From: Eubacteriales bacterium
Lineage (GTDB): Bacteria; Bacillota; Clostridia; Oscillospirales; CAG-272
Length of the DNA stretch: 64,000 nt
NCBI GenBank assembly: GCA_045577925.1
Contig: JAZNJH010000025.1
Coordinates: forward strand, 36,307-100,306
Reading direction: 5' to 3'
Under the pieces are notes generated by a model. The model was not told the DNA's origin. It saw only the letters and a list, made by a program, of their open reading frames with translations, and ran no database searches. Below are positions 47,316-57,201 of this stretch, in pieces. Numbering within the stretch: position 1 is the stretch's first letter; each line of letters begins with the position of its first letter. The translations under genes were made by a program, and so were the position numbers.

Positions 47316-47852
47316 ATGAAGATAATGATAGCATCAGACATACACGGCTCTGCAAAATATGCAGGCATGCTCATCGAGAGATTTAACGAATCAGGCTCTG
47401 ACAAGCTCTTGCTTCTTGGCGACATACTATATCACGGACCAAGAAACGATCTGCCCGAAGAATATGCTCCCAAAAAGGTTATAGAACTTTTAAACCCGCT
47501 GAAGGATAAGATCCTCGCAGTACGCGGAAACTGTGACACTGAAGTTGACCAGATGGTGCTCGATTTTCCGATACTTGCAGACTATGCGATAGTCACGTCA
47601 GGCTCGCGCACGATATATGCAACGCACGGGCACAAATATAACCCCGATTGTCCTCCGCCGCTCTCTCAAGGCGATGTTCTTCTATGCGGTCACACTCATG
47701 TGACTAAAGCAACTGAGTACGAGAGTTTTACATACATCAATCCCGGCTCCGTATCGATACCGAAAGAGGATACAAAGAGGGGGTATATCATACTAGAAAA
47801 CGGCGTTTTCACCTTCTATGACATTGAGGGAGATTATTTGATGAAATACTAA
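47316..47852 (+). CDS. YfcE / MJ0936-family metallophosphoesterase
   Basis: Start moved to ATG 47316 (MKIMIASDIHGS). GDILYHGP, GNCD and GHTH motifs. Confidence 0.85.
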   Translation: MKIMIASDIHGSAKYAGMLIERFNESGSDKLLLLGDILYHGPRNDLPEEYAPKKVIELLNPLKDKILAVRGNCDTEVDQMVLDFPILADYAIVTSGSRTIYATHGHKYNPDCPPPLSQGDVLLCGHTHVTKATEYESFTYINPGSVSIPKEDTKRGYIILENGVFTFYDIEGDYLMKY

Positions 47853-47856
47853 GCAG

Positions 47857-47885
47857 AAAAGGCACCCCAACGGGTGCCTTTGTTT
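47857..47885. terminator. Bidirectional terminator
   Basis: AAAA-GGCACCC-caac-GGGTGCC-TTTGTTT. Confidence 0.8.
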
Positions 47886-50106
47886 ATTTCTTCACCATGT
47901 CACGCTGAGCCATAACGAGAGAATAGTATATACCCTCTTTTTGCATAAGCTCATCGTGTGTACCCATCTCTGCAATGGTCCCACGGTCTATCACTATGAG
48001 TCTTGTTGCGTTTCGAAGGGTCGAAAGCCTGTGCGCTATTGCAAAAGTCGTGCGGTTTTTAACGAGATTTGCAAGTGCATCCTGCACTCTGCGCTCGGTT
48101 TCGGTATCAAGCGATGCCGTTGCCTCGTCAAGTATCAGTATCTTAGGATCTCGCAAAAGCGCTCTCGCTATTGCCACTCTCTGCCTCTCACCGCCCGAGA
48201 GGGTATATCCCCTCTCACCAACCTTGGTATTGTACGCTTCCGGAAGCTTCATTATAAATGAATGAGCCCCTGCCGCCTTTGATGCAGCTATTACTTCTTT
48301 GTAGCTCGCATCGGGCTTTGCGTATGCAATATTCTCATATACCGATCCCGTGAACAGAAACGTCTCCTGAAGCACTGCGCCTATCTGACTTTTGTATGAG
48401 TGCTGAGTCATTTCTCTTATGTCAACACCGTCAACCTTGATACAGCCGGAGCTTGGATCATACATTCTCATAATAAGATTTATAAGTGTAGATTTACCCG
48501 CTCCCGAACGTCCGACAATTCCTATCATTTCGCCGGGTTTTACAGTCAGGTTTATACCCCGCAGCACCTCTTTGGTATCATCATACCCGAAGCAGAGATT
48601 TGATATCTCCACCTCGCCTTTTATATTGTTGAGTTTTGCATCGGGCGTGTCCTTCATATCCTCATCTTCATCAAGAAGCTCAAAAAGCTTGCCGATGTGA
48701 CCGAGGAAGCTTACTATAAGCTTAGGCAAAAACGCAAAATGAACAAGCGGAGAATATATTATTGAAATGTACGAGGAAAACATCGCCATCTCTCCAAGAG
48801 TCATCGCACCCTGAAGGATTTTGTTACCCGCAAAATAAAGTATGAAAAATTCACCAAGTCCCGCAATAAAGTTCAGAGGATGAATCACAAGAGGCCATAT
48901 GGTCTCGTTTTTTATCATAACGTCCCTGTATTGTTTTGCAGCCTTATCGTATCTTTCAAACTCACTTTTTTCCGTTCCGTAAGACTTGACTACACGTATA
49001 CCCGAATATATGTCGTGAAGTATGCTGCTGCATTGCGCCCCCTTCTCTCTCTGTTTTATCCAGATAGCTCCCGTAGGCTCTTTTATAGCATAGAAGAGGA
49101 ATACGATAACCGGTATTGTTGCAAGCACAACAAGCGCAAGCTTTACATCATAAATGAAAAGGAAAACGCCGGCAGCCACAAGCTTGAGGGTATGCTCCAT
49201 ATAGTTGGGCAGATGCTCTGTAAGCGTCCACTGTATTTCAGTAACCTCGTTATTTATTCGTCTGAACAGATCACCCGAATCATACTTCCCGCTTTTTGAA
49301 ATAGAGAGAGACTGTACCTTATCAAAAGTAAGCGTTGCAAGCTTTGTTTGAATTCCGAGTCCTGCACTGCTGCTGAAATAACGTCTTAGTACCGACAATA
49401 AATTCAGTATTATCTGTACGACTATCATTGAAAGTATAACGAGAGCAAATCCCACATAAGACACACTTCCCGCTTCACTTTTTATATAGTCGTCAACAAG
49501 TATTTTGTTTACATAAGGAATCAGAAGTGATACAAGAGATATGACTATAAGTGTAAGTGACGTTGCAATTATGTAAAAGCGGAATTCTTTCGATATATTG
49601 AGAGTGCGGAGAACAAGCTTCATTGAGCTTGAGCATTTCGGGCATCTCTCTTCACCTGCTTTGAGAATTCTGCCGCAGTTTTGGCACTTTCTCTCTTTTG
49701 TATGCTTTTTCTCTGTTTCTTCTTCGTTCTCATCAGTGTTATCGGAATTAAGCATCTCATTACATCTGCGTGCAGTTTTTGTATAAAGCTTTGAGTCACG
49801 CATATCAGAACGGCAAAGTATCGTGGTCTCACCGTCACATTTACACTCTAAAAATACACATCCGCTTTCATTTACAGCACGAATATCCGACACACGTTCG
49901 CTTTCTATAAAGCGTATATCACCATCTTCGCTTACTACAAGTATTCCCTCTTTACAAAAGCCGATTATCCCCCCCTTTGGCAGAGAAAACGGGCATATTT
50001 CAAAAAAGTCATACTTTTCTGCTTCAGTGTAAATTGAAACGAGCTTTTTGGCAAGGCTTTTTTTATCCTGCCTCTCTTCTCTTATCTTCTGGTACTTTTT
50101 TTTCAT
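47884..50106 (-). CDS. ABC exporter half-transporter (TMD-NBD) with extra N-terminal cytoplasmic domain and CxxC-x10-CxxC zinc ribbon
   Basis: Zinc ribbon CQNCGRILKAGEERCPKC sits just before TM1. Walker [45 protein letters not shown]. Confidence 0.88.
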   Translation of the reverse strand: MKKKYQKIREERQDKKSLAKKLVSIYTEAEKYDFFEICPFSLPKGGIIGFCKEGILVVSEDGDIRFIESERVSDIRAVNESGCVFLECKCDGETTILCRSDMRDSKLYTKTARRCNEMLNSDNTDENEEETEKKHTKERKCQNCGRILKAGEERCPKCSSSMKLVLRTLNISKEFRFYIIATSLTLIVISLVSLLIPYVNKILVDDYIKSEAGSVSYVGFALVILSMIVVQIILNLLSVLRRYFSSSAGLGIQTKLATLTFDKVQSLSISKSGKYDSGDLFRRINNEVTEIQWTLTEHLPNYMEHTLKLVAAGVFLFIYDVKLALVVLATIPVIVFLFYAIKEPTGAIWIKQREKGAQCSSILHDIYSGIRVVKSYGTEKSEFERYDKAAKQYRDVMIKNETIWPLVIHPLNFIAGLGEFFILYFAGNKILQGAMTLGEMAMFSSYISIIYSPLVHFAFLPKLIVSFLGHIGKLFELLDEDEDMKDTPDAKLNNIKGEVEISNLCFGYDDTKEVLRGINLTVKPGEMIGIVGRSGAGKSTLINLIMRMYDPSSGCIKVDGVDIREMTQHSYKSQIGAVLQETFLFTGSVYENIAYAKPDASYKEVIAASKAAGAHSFIMKLPEAYNTKVGERGYTLSGGERQRVAIARALLRDPKILILDEATASLDTETERRVQDALANLVKNRTTFAIAHRLSTLRNATRLIVIDRGTIAEMGTHDELMQKEGIYYSLVMAQRDMVKK

Positions 50107-50120
50107 AAAAGTTTATCCTT

Positions 50121-50666
50121 TTATATGTACATTTCAAGCTTTTTGCGGCTTTTCTTATCAAGTGCCTCTACAGAATCAATGTAGTACCTGTTACCATCAA
50201 CATCAATTATAACTATCCTGTCCTCACCTATCCGTATAATGCTTCTGTAAACGTCACGAAGCGGGATATCTATTTCTCCACAGTCACATTGTACCGAGAA
50301 ATACGCATATCCGAGTTTTTCCTTAACAGACTTTATTTTAAGAATGTGCGCCGAATAATATACCCTTTCAAGCTCTTCTCTTATAAGAGCAATTTCAGAC
50401 TCAGGATATACTGCAATATCTTCTATAAGGCCTATTTCATTTAGATCCTCGTCAAGCACGGAAATATAATTTTCGCTTGAAGTAAACGGAAAAGCTCGTC
50501 TGAGTTTGACTCTTTCATAGTGGCTCTTGCGGTCAATATCAAGTGCGCTTTCCCTTAAAAGAGATGTGTCGCAGGTTATATCAAGTCCAAGGAAATCAGA
50601 GCATTTTACAAAATGAGTAAACTCAGGCGTCAGATAAACCACCGTATTGTTAGTTTTTATATCCAT
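50121..50666 (-). CDS. DUF1854-like protein (181 aa)
   Basis: Start moved to ATG 50666, after AAGGAGA; this removes the overlap with the upstream ABC gene. The pattern LRRAFPFTSSENYISVLDEDLNEIGLIEDI...VIIDVDGNRYYIDSVEALDKKSRKKLE resembles the DUF1854 family. Confidence 0.65.
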   Translation of the reverse strand: MDIKTNNTVVYLTPEFTHFVKCSDFLGLDITCDTSLLRESALDIDRKSHYERVKLRRAFPFTSSENYISVLDEDLNEIGLIEDIAVYPESEIALIREELERVYYSAHILKIKSVKEKLGYAYFSVQCDCGEIDIPLRDVYRSIIRIGEDRIVIIDVDGNRYYIDSVEALDKKSRKKLEMYI

Positions 50667-50679
50667 AACACTATCTCCT

Positions 50680-53028
50680 TTAAATACGTGCGCCTGCAGG
50701 TCTTCTGCGATGGCTCCCCTGTCCGTCCGGACTTTTTTCGTGATCACTTTCATCACCGGTGTCATTTATTATATTGCGCAGAGCCTCAAGCTGAAGTGTA
50801 TAAAGCTTGTGATATATTCCCTCTTTCTCAAGAAGCTCGGTATGAGTACCCGCCTCATAAAGCTTGCCGTTTTCTATTACTATAAGGCTGTCAGCACTCT
50901 TAAGTGTCGACAGTCTGTGAGCTATCATAATAGTAGTACAGCTACCCGAGAGCTTTTCAATCGCATTTTCTATTTTCTGCTCGGTTGCCGTATCCATAGC
51001 TGCGGTAGCTTCATCAAGTATAAGTATCTTAGGCTTTTTAAGCAGAGCACGGGCAATGGATATTCTCTGCCTTTCACCGCCAGAAAGGTCCTTGTGTCCG
51101 TGTCCTATACGTGTTTCATATGCATCGGGAAGCCGCATGATAAAATCATGCGCACCCGCCTGTATTGCTGCTTCTACTACCTCTTCGTGCGTTGCATTTT
51201 TCATTGAATAAGCAATATTTTCTGCGATCGTGCCCGAAAAAAGATATGTCTCCTGTGAAACTATTGCAACACTGTCACGCAGCTGTTTAAAGGACATCTC
51301 ACGTACGTTCACCCCGTCAATAAGTATTTCGCCGTCAGTCGTATCATACAAGCGTGTCAGCAGGTTCACTATCGTCGATTTTCCTGCACCCGTACGTCCC
51401 ACTATGCCAAGAGTCTTTCCGGCTTCGATCTTGAACGAAATACAGTCTATTGTCTTTTTTGCCTTCGTATAGGAGAAAGATACGTTTTTAAACTCTATTT
51501 CTCCCTTTACATTTTCAATATGTACGGGATTTTTCGGTTCAACTACGTCAGGTATAGCATCTGATATTTCAAAAAGGCGGGATGCTGCATTAAAGCACTC
51601 GCTCATTCTGTTTACCGAATTTATTATATAGTTAAGCGGATTATACACAAGCCCCATATAAGAAACGAAGGTAAGAAGGTCACCGTAAGACATTTCTCCT
51701 CTGATTACACTCAGACCGCCAACAGCCCATACCGCAACAGTACCAAGGTAAAGAACAAAGCTTATAGCCGGAAAGACAACAGCCGCATACATATCGCGAT
51801 CACGCTTCGACTTCATTTTACCATAGCTTAAATTCTTGAATTCACAGCTTTCATCAGCTTCTTTTGCAAACACCTTTACAATTCTGAGCCCCGAAAGAAC
51901 GTCTGTAAGCTTGCCGTTTAACGCCCTTGACTTTATAAAAAATACTCTCCAGAAGCGTCTGTTTCTTTTGAATGCCCTCGTTACCATAAGAACATACACC
52001 GGAACGATTATAACGGTTATCAGCGCAAGCAGGGGATTCATCATAAGCATTACAATGATTATGGCAAATATCTTTACAAAAGCCACAACAAGATGCGGCA
52101 CCATTTCACTGAAAAAGCTGTAAAGGGTATTGGAATCAGACTCTATCTGAGTCATAAGTCCGCCCGTACGGCGTGAATTAAAAAATGAAAGTGAGAGTCT
52201 GTTTATCGCCTCAAATATCATATTCTTCAAATCGTAAACGATATTTGCAGATATTCTGGCAGTTACTATGTCATTTAAAATTGTAACGGCGAAGCTAACA
52301 AGCCTCATCGCTATAAGAAGCGATATCACGAGTGTTACCATACCGTAAAACTCGCCGCCCTCGGTTAGCACCTTATCAATGTAAAACGAGTTGCCGAGAT
52401 AGGGCGTAATTACACCAACTGCACTTATAAGCCCCATAAGAGCAAGTATTGTAAGCATCTCTTTCATATACCTTTTGAAAAAAGGAATAAATCTTTTTAC
52501 AACACCCGATTTATCCGCACAGTACGGGCATATCATGTTTGAGTCGGGAAAACGTCTGCCGCAGTCCGGGCAAAGCGCTTCCTTGTCCGACTCGTCAACA
52601 CCGTCAAATTCCCCGCTTTGAATAAGCCTTAAGTACCCTGCAAAAAGAGAAAGCGGTTCTTTAAAGGTGTTGGATGTTTCACATATAAGCACACTTCTTT
52701 CGTCCATAAGGCGTATGCTCAGACGTACACCCGATATGAGCTCCTCAATATCAAAACTTTTAATATTACAGATCCTATAAGAAAAAAATCCCGTTTCTGT
52801 GAAAGTCTTCTCTGCGCCATTATCAAGCGCACTTACACCCTCAAGTATTACCAGGGCATCTTCATCGGCAAAAAGATAAATATTGCCGGCACCGGGCATA
52901 TTGCCCCTGCACGACAAGCCGATGAGCATTTCACTAACGGGAACACCTTTATTATTTTCTATGTAACCAAGCACCTCGCCCGGTATGTTTACAAGCATAT
53001 CCATATTATTACCAAAATCTTTCCACAC
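50680..53028 (-). CDS. ABC exporter half-transporter (TMD-NBD) with extra N-terminal cytoplasmic domain and CxxC-x10-CxxC zinc ribbon
   Basis: Zinc ribbon CPDCGRRFPDSNMICPYC sits before TM1. GRTGAGKST, LSGGERQRISIARAL, ILILDEATAAMD, MIAHRLST. The start is uncertain: GTG 53028 has AGGGG about 10 nt upstream, and ATGs at 53004 and 52998 are alternatives. Confidence 0.85.
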   Translation of the reverse strand: MWKDFGNNMDMLVNIPGEVLGYIENNKGVPVSEMLIGLSCRGNMPGAGNIYLFADEDALVILEGVSALDNGAEKTFTETGFFSYRICNIKSFDIEELISGVRLSIRLMDERSVLICETSNTFKEPLSLFAGYLRLIQSGEFDGVDESDKEALCPDCGRRFPDSNMICPYCADKSGVVKRFIPFFKRYMKEMLTILALMGLISAVGVITPYLGNSFYIDKVLTEGGEFYGMVTLVISLLIAMRLVSFAVTILNDIVTARISANIVYDLKNMIFEAINRLSLSFFNSRRTGGLMTQIESDSNTLYSFFSEMVPHLVVAFVKIFAIIIVMLMMNPLLALITVIIVPVYVLMVTRAFKRNRRFWRVFFIKSRALNGKLTDVLSGLRIVKVFAKEADESCEFKNLSYGKMKSKRDRDMYAAVVFPAISFVLYLGTVAVWAVGGLSVIRGEMSYGDLLTFVSYMGLVYNPLNYIINSVNRMSECFNAASRLFEISDAIPDVVEPKNPVHIENVKGEIEFKNVSFSYTKAKKTIDCISFKIEAGKTLGIVGRTGAGKSTIVNLLTRLYDTTDGEILIDGVNVREMSFKQLRDSVAIVSQETYLFSGTIAENIAYSMKNATHEEVVEAAIQAGAHDFIMRLPDAYETRIGHGHKDLSGGERQRISIARALLKKPKILILDEATAAMDTATEQKIENAIEKLSGSCTTIMIAHRLSTLKSADSLIVIENGKLYEAGTHTELLEKEGIYHKLYTLQLEALRNIINDTGDESDHEKSPDGQGSHRRRPAGARI

Positions 53029-53125
53029 GGCAGACCGCCCCTGTTTGTAAACTACACTTCCTATAATATATTAACATGAGTGAACGCTCACATTGTTAAC
53101 AAAATGTGAACTTTCGCCTGTTTTG

Positions 53126-53154
53126 TTGAAAGATTGAAAAAAATGTGTTAGAAT
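53126..53154 (+). promoter_or_regulatory. Promoter of the pheST T-box leader
   Basis: TTGAAA (53126-53131), 17 nt, TAGAAT (53149-53154), preceded by a TGT extended -10. Confidence 0.55.
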
Positions 53155-53160
53155 GTCTAC

Positions 53161-53420
53161 GTATGTTTATTAAATGCACTGACGGAGACGGCAATCACGC
53201 AATCAGTACATATCAGAGATGAGAATCACAGGCTGAAAGTTCTCATGTACCGTGTGAGCGCATTTCACTCCCGAGCATGCAGAGTCAACGCTTTTCGCCA
53301 AGCTCTGTACGGCTTGTCACCGTTATATGACTAAAAGAGTCCGCTTTGGCGGAAATTAAGGTGGTACCGCGGAGGTCGTTTGGCCGTCGTCCTTTTTGGG
53401 ACGGCGGATTTTTTATTTTA
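53161..53420 (+). promoter_or_regulatory. T-box riboswitch leader, Phe specifier (UUC)
   Basis: T-box sequence AAUUAAGGUGGUACCGCGG at 53354-53373. AG bulge AUCAGAGA and distal loop GGCUGAAAG are present. Specifier UUC at 53264-53266 is followed by A at the 3' end of the specifier loop. The terminator is CCGUCGUCC-UUUUU-GGGACGGCGG plus AUUUUUUAUUUU (53383-53419). Confidence 0.88.
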
Positions 53421-53463
53421 CCACATAAAAACTATACACTCCAAGGAAAGGATATGGAGCAAT

Positions 53464-54480
53464 ATGAAAACAAAACTCGAAGAAATCAAGCTCGCGGCAA
53501 AGGCAGCGCTTGATGCAGAAGACTGCGACACCGAACAGGTGAGAATCCAGTATCTCGGCAAAAAAGGAGAGCTTACGGCGCTTCTCCGCTCGATGGGCTC
53601 GCTTTCACCCGAAGAGCGCCCGATAATGGGTCAGCTTGCAAATGAAGTTCGTGCCTACATTGAAGAGGCAATAGCCGCAAAAAAGAGCGAAGAGGGAGCA
53701 AAGGCTCTTGAAAAGAAGCTTCGCGAAGAAAGAATAGACGTAACGCTTCCCTCAAAGAAGCCGTCTGTTGGCGCGCGCCATCCGCTTGCTATCACACAGC
53801 GCAAGCTTGAAAACATATTCCAAACTATGGGATTTGACATTGTTCACGGCCCTGAAGTAGAATACGACTATTACAATTTCAAGGCACTCAATATTCCCGA
53901 AAATCACCCTGCACGTGACACGCAGGATACCTTCTATATCACGGATAATATACTGCTTCGTTCTCAGACCTCGCCCGTTCAGGCGCGCGTTATGGAAAAG
54001 CAGAAGCCACCGATAAGAATCATCTCTCCCGGACGCGTTTACCGCTCCGATGCTGTTGACGCAACTCACTCTCCCATGTTCCATCAGCTTGAGGGACTCG
54101 TTATTGATAAGAATATCACCATGAGCGACCTTAAGGGAACGCTTGACACGTTTGCAAAAACCATGTTCGGCGAAGAAACGAGCGTGCGTTTCCGTCCTCA
54201 CCACTTCCCGTTTACCGAGCCGTCAGCCGAGGTTGACGTTTCCTGCTTCGTATGTAAGGGCAAGGGCTGCCGTCTTTGCAAGGGCGAGGGTTGGATAGAG
54301 ATCCTCGGAGCAGGTATGGTACACCCCAACGTGCTCAGAATTTGCGGAATTGATCCCGAAGAATACTCAGGCTTTGCTTTCGGTATGGGTATTGAGCGTA
54401 TAGTTATGATCAAGTATGGTATTGACGATATGCGCTACCTTTACGAAAACGACGTAAGATTCTTAAAGCAGTTCTCTTAA
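53464..54480 (+). CDS. pheS: Phenylalanine-tRNA ligase alpha subunit
   Basis: Start moved to ATG 53464 (MKTKLEEIK), downstream of the T-box terminator. Motifs [25 protein letters not shown] and GMGIERI. Confidence 0.95.
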   Translation: MKTKLEEIKLAAKAALDAEDCDTEQVRIQYLGKKGELTALLRSMGSLSPEERPIMGQLANEVRAYIEEAIAAKKSEEGAKALEKKLREERIDVTLPSKKPSVGARHPLAITQRKLENIFQTMGFDIVHGPEVEYDYYNFKALNIPENHPARDTQDTFYITDNILLRSQTSPVQARVMEKQKPPIRIISPGRVYRSDAVDATHSPMFHQLEGLVIDKNITMSDLKGTLDTFAKTMFGEETSVRFRPHHFPFTEPSAEVDVSCFVCKGKGCRLCKGEGWIEILGAGMVHPNVLRICGIDPEEYSGFAFGMGIERIVMIKYGIDDMRYLYENDVRFLKQFS

Positions 54481-54505
54481 TTTGGAATGAACATGGAGGA
54501 TAGAT

Positions 54506-56899
54506 ATGAAATTATCGCTTAAATGGGCGTCTGACTACGTAGATCTTTCAAAGATGCCCTCTCTTAAAGATTATTCGGACAAGCTGACGTATATAGGTCA
54601 GAAGGTTGAAGGATACGAAACACTCGGCGCTGACATTGAAAACGTTAAAGTCGGTAAAATCGTAAGCATTGAAAAGCACCCCGATTCAGACCATATGGTA
54701 ATCTGTCAGCTCGACTGCGGCGAAGGCGCACTTCGCCAGATAGTAACGGGCGCTCAGAACGTTTTTGATGGCGCACTCGTCCCTGCGGCAATCCCCCCGG
54801 CTAAGCTTCCGGGCGGCGTTACGATCAAGGACGGCAAGCTTCGTGGGGTTGAATCGCACGGGATGCTCTGCTCTATTGCCGAGCTCGGGCTCACCACCCA
54901 TGACGTTCCCTACGCAGTTGAAGACGGTATACTCATAATTGAAGAAGACTGCAAGCCGGGTGACGACATTCACGACGTTTACATGCTCACAGACGACGTT
55001 GTTGAATTTGAAATAACGTCAAACCGCCCCGACTGCCTTTCTGTGATCGGTCTTGCACGTGAATCTGCCGTATGCTACGGCACAAAGCTTATCGAACGTA
55101 CACCTAAGGTGAATTTCACCAAAGGTGACAAGAATATAAACGACTATATCTCGGTTGAAATAAGCAATACCGAAAAATGCCCGAGATATACAGCGCGCGT
55201 TGTAAGAAACGTAAAGATTGCTCCCTCTCCGCTCTGGATGAGAATGAGACTTCGCGCGGCAGGTGTTCGCCCTATCAACAATATCGTTGATATTACAAAC
55301 TACGTTATGCTTGAATACGGTCATCCGATGCACGCGTTTGATTACAGCTGCCTTGAGGGTAGCCATATCAACGTAAGAGATGCCGCGGACGGTGAAAAGT
55401 TCATCTCGCTTGACAATGGCGAACATATCCTTGACAAGAACACTCTCGTTATTGCCGACGAAAAGAAGGCTGTTGCGCTTGCAGGTATCATGGGCGGTCT
55501 CAATAGCGAGATCAAGGACGACACACAGACGGTAGTATTTGAGAGCGCTTGCTTTGAGGGAAGCACTGTAAGAATTTCCGCAAAGGCTCAGGGTATGCGT
55601 ACAGAAAGCTCGGCAAGATTTGAAAAGGGCCTTGATGCTGAAAATACGCTTCCTGCAATTGACCGTGCATGCGAGCTCGTTGAGCTTCTCGGTGCAGGCG
55701 AGGTTGTTGAAGGTACGATAGACGTATATCCCGGCAAGAAGCAGCCTGTAAGAATACCGCTTGAAGTTAAAAAGATAAACGAATTCCTGGGACTTGACGT
55801 TGACGAGGCTTATATGAAAAACGCCCTTGAAACAATCGGCTTCAAGGTGGAAAACGGCATCGTTACATCCCCGAGCTTCAGAATAGACATCGAATGCATG
55901 AACGACCTTGCTGAAGAGGTGCTCCGCATTTACGGATACGACACTATTGAAGCAACGAAATTCAAGGCTGAGGTAACACCCGGCAAAATCGGCGATGATT
56001 ATGCATTCGAGCTTCTCTGCCACGATACGCTCGTTTCCGCAGGACTTTACGAGAGCGTTACGTTCTCGTTTATCAGCCCGAAGAATTATGACAAAATAGC
56101 TCTCCCGGCTGATTCAGCACTTCGCAGTTCAGTCGTTATCACTAACCCGCTTGGTGAAGACACAAGTGTTATGAGAACAACAGCCGTTCCCTCAATGCTC
56201 GAGGTACTTGCACGTAACTGTAACTATCACGATGCAGGCGTTTCGATGTACGAAATGGCAACAATATATCTGCCTGATGAAGATAAGGAAAAGCTCCCCC
56301 GTGAACCCCGTCAGATAGTAATAGGCAAGCTCAAGGACGGCGATTTCTACGACCTCAAGGGTGTTGTTGACGTTCTTCTTGAAAAAGCAGGCGTTGCTAT
56401 CGAATACGTTGCAAATACAAGCAACCCGACCTATCACCCCGGCAGATGTGCAGACCTTGTTGCTTCAGACGGCAGAATAATAGGTACGATCGGCGAAATA
56501 CATCCTAAGGTGCTTGAAAACTTCGGCATAAGCGCTCCTGCATATATCGCAGATATTTCGTTCGATACGCTCTTTGAGCTTTCAAATACAGAGCGCAGCT
56601 TTAAGGCTCTTCCCAAGTATCCTGCAGCTGTACGCGACCTTGCATTCGTGTGTGATGATACTCTTGAAGTCGGTGCTATCGAAAAGGTTATAAAGATGGC
56701 TGACCGCAAGACAATCGAAAGCGTTGAGCTCTTTGACGTATACAAGGGACATCAGCTTGGGGACGACAAAAAGAGCGTTGCATTCAAGGTATCAATGAGA
56801 AGTGCTGATCACACACTCACAGTTGAAGAAGCTGATAAGATACTCAAGAAAATACTGACTCTGCTTGAAAGAGAACTCGGAATTACTCTTCGTAAATAA
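54506..56899 (+). CDS. pheT: Phenylalanine-tRNA ligase beta subunit
   Basis: 797 aa. tRNA-binding N-terminus (KVGKIVSIEKHPDSDHM), B3/4 and B5 regions, and a C-terminal FDX-ACB-like domain. Confidence 0.95.
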   Translation: MKLSLKWASDYVDLSKMPSLKDYSDKLTYIGQKVEGYETLGADIENVKVGKIVSIEKHPDSDHMVICQLDCGEGALRQIVTGAQNVFDGALVPAAIPPAKLPGGVTIKDGKLRGVESHGMLCSIAELGLTTHDVPYAVEDGILIIEEDCKPGDDIHDVYMLTDDVVEFEITSNRPDCLSVIGLARESAVCYGTKLIERTPKVNFTKGDKNINDYISVEISNTEKCPRYTARVVRNVKIAPSPLWMRMRLRAAGVRPINNIVDITNYVMLEYGHPMHAFDYSCLEGSHINVRDAADGEKFISLDNGEHILDKNTLVIADEKKAVALAGIMGGLNSEIKDDTQTVVFESACFEGSTVRISAKAQGMRTESSARFEKGLDAENTLPAIDRACELVELLGAGEVVEGTIDVYPGKKQPVRIPLEVKKINEFLGLDVDEAYMKNALETIGFKVENGIVTSPSFRIDIECMNDLAEEVLRIYGYDTIEATKFKAEVTPGKIGDDYAFELLCHDTLVSAGLYESVTFSFISPKNYDKIALPADSALRSSVVITNPLGEDTSVMRTTAVPSMLEVLARNCNYHDAGVSMYEMATIYLPDEDKEKLPREPRQIVIGKLKDGDFYDLKGVVDVLLEKAGVAIEYVANTSNPTYHPGRCADLVASDGRIIGTIGEIHPKVLENFGISAPAYIADISFDTLFELSNTERSFKALPKYPAAVRDLAFVCDDTLEVGAIEKVIKMADRKTIESVELFDVYKGHQLGDDKKSVAFKVSMRSADHTLTVEEADKILKKILTLLERELGITLRK

Positions 56900-56946
56900 T
56901 ACCCATTATTTATTATAGTAAACTGTGTTAAGTTTTATTTGAAAGT

Positions 56947-56985
56947 AACGGCTGACGAACTATTGTACGTCAGCCGTTATTTTTC
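56947..56985 (+). terminator. Rho-independent terminator of pheST
   Basis: AACGGCTGACG-aactattgta-CGTCAGCCGTT followed by ATTTTTC. Confidence 0.8.
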
Positions 56986-57201
56986 ATCCTTCGTACAGAT
57001 AATAATTTTTTTATATAAAATCCTCCTTTTTAGATTTTTATCATTATGCCACTCCTTCCGACTTGTGTCAGCCATTTTTTGCCGTTTTTCACAAGGTTTA
57101 TTCCCGATGTAAAACAGTTTATAATTAATTATAGGCAAAATCAGAGGACACAAAATGATAAATTTATATGCGTATATCATATGGAAAGGGGGAGTACTAT
57201 T

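Noticed and set aside
50667-50765. The 86-nt overlap between the 782-aa ABC ORF and the 214-aa track ORF, which could suggest a frameshift or fusion.
   Set aside because: The overlap disappears when the internal ATG at 50666, preceded by AAGGAGA, is used as the start of the small gene. The extra N-terminal 33 codons have no RBS.
55019-56023. 334-aa ORF on the minus strand.
   Set aside because: It is antisense to pheT, whose identity is unambiguous. This is a shadow ORF with no start context.
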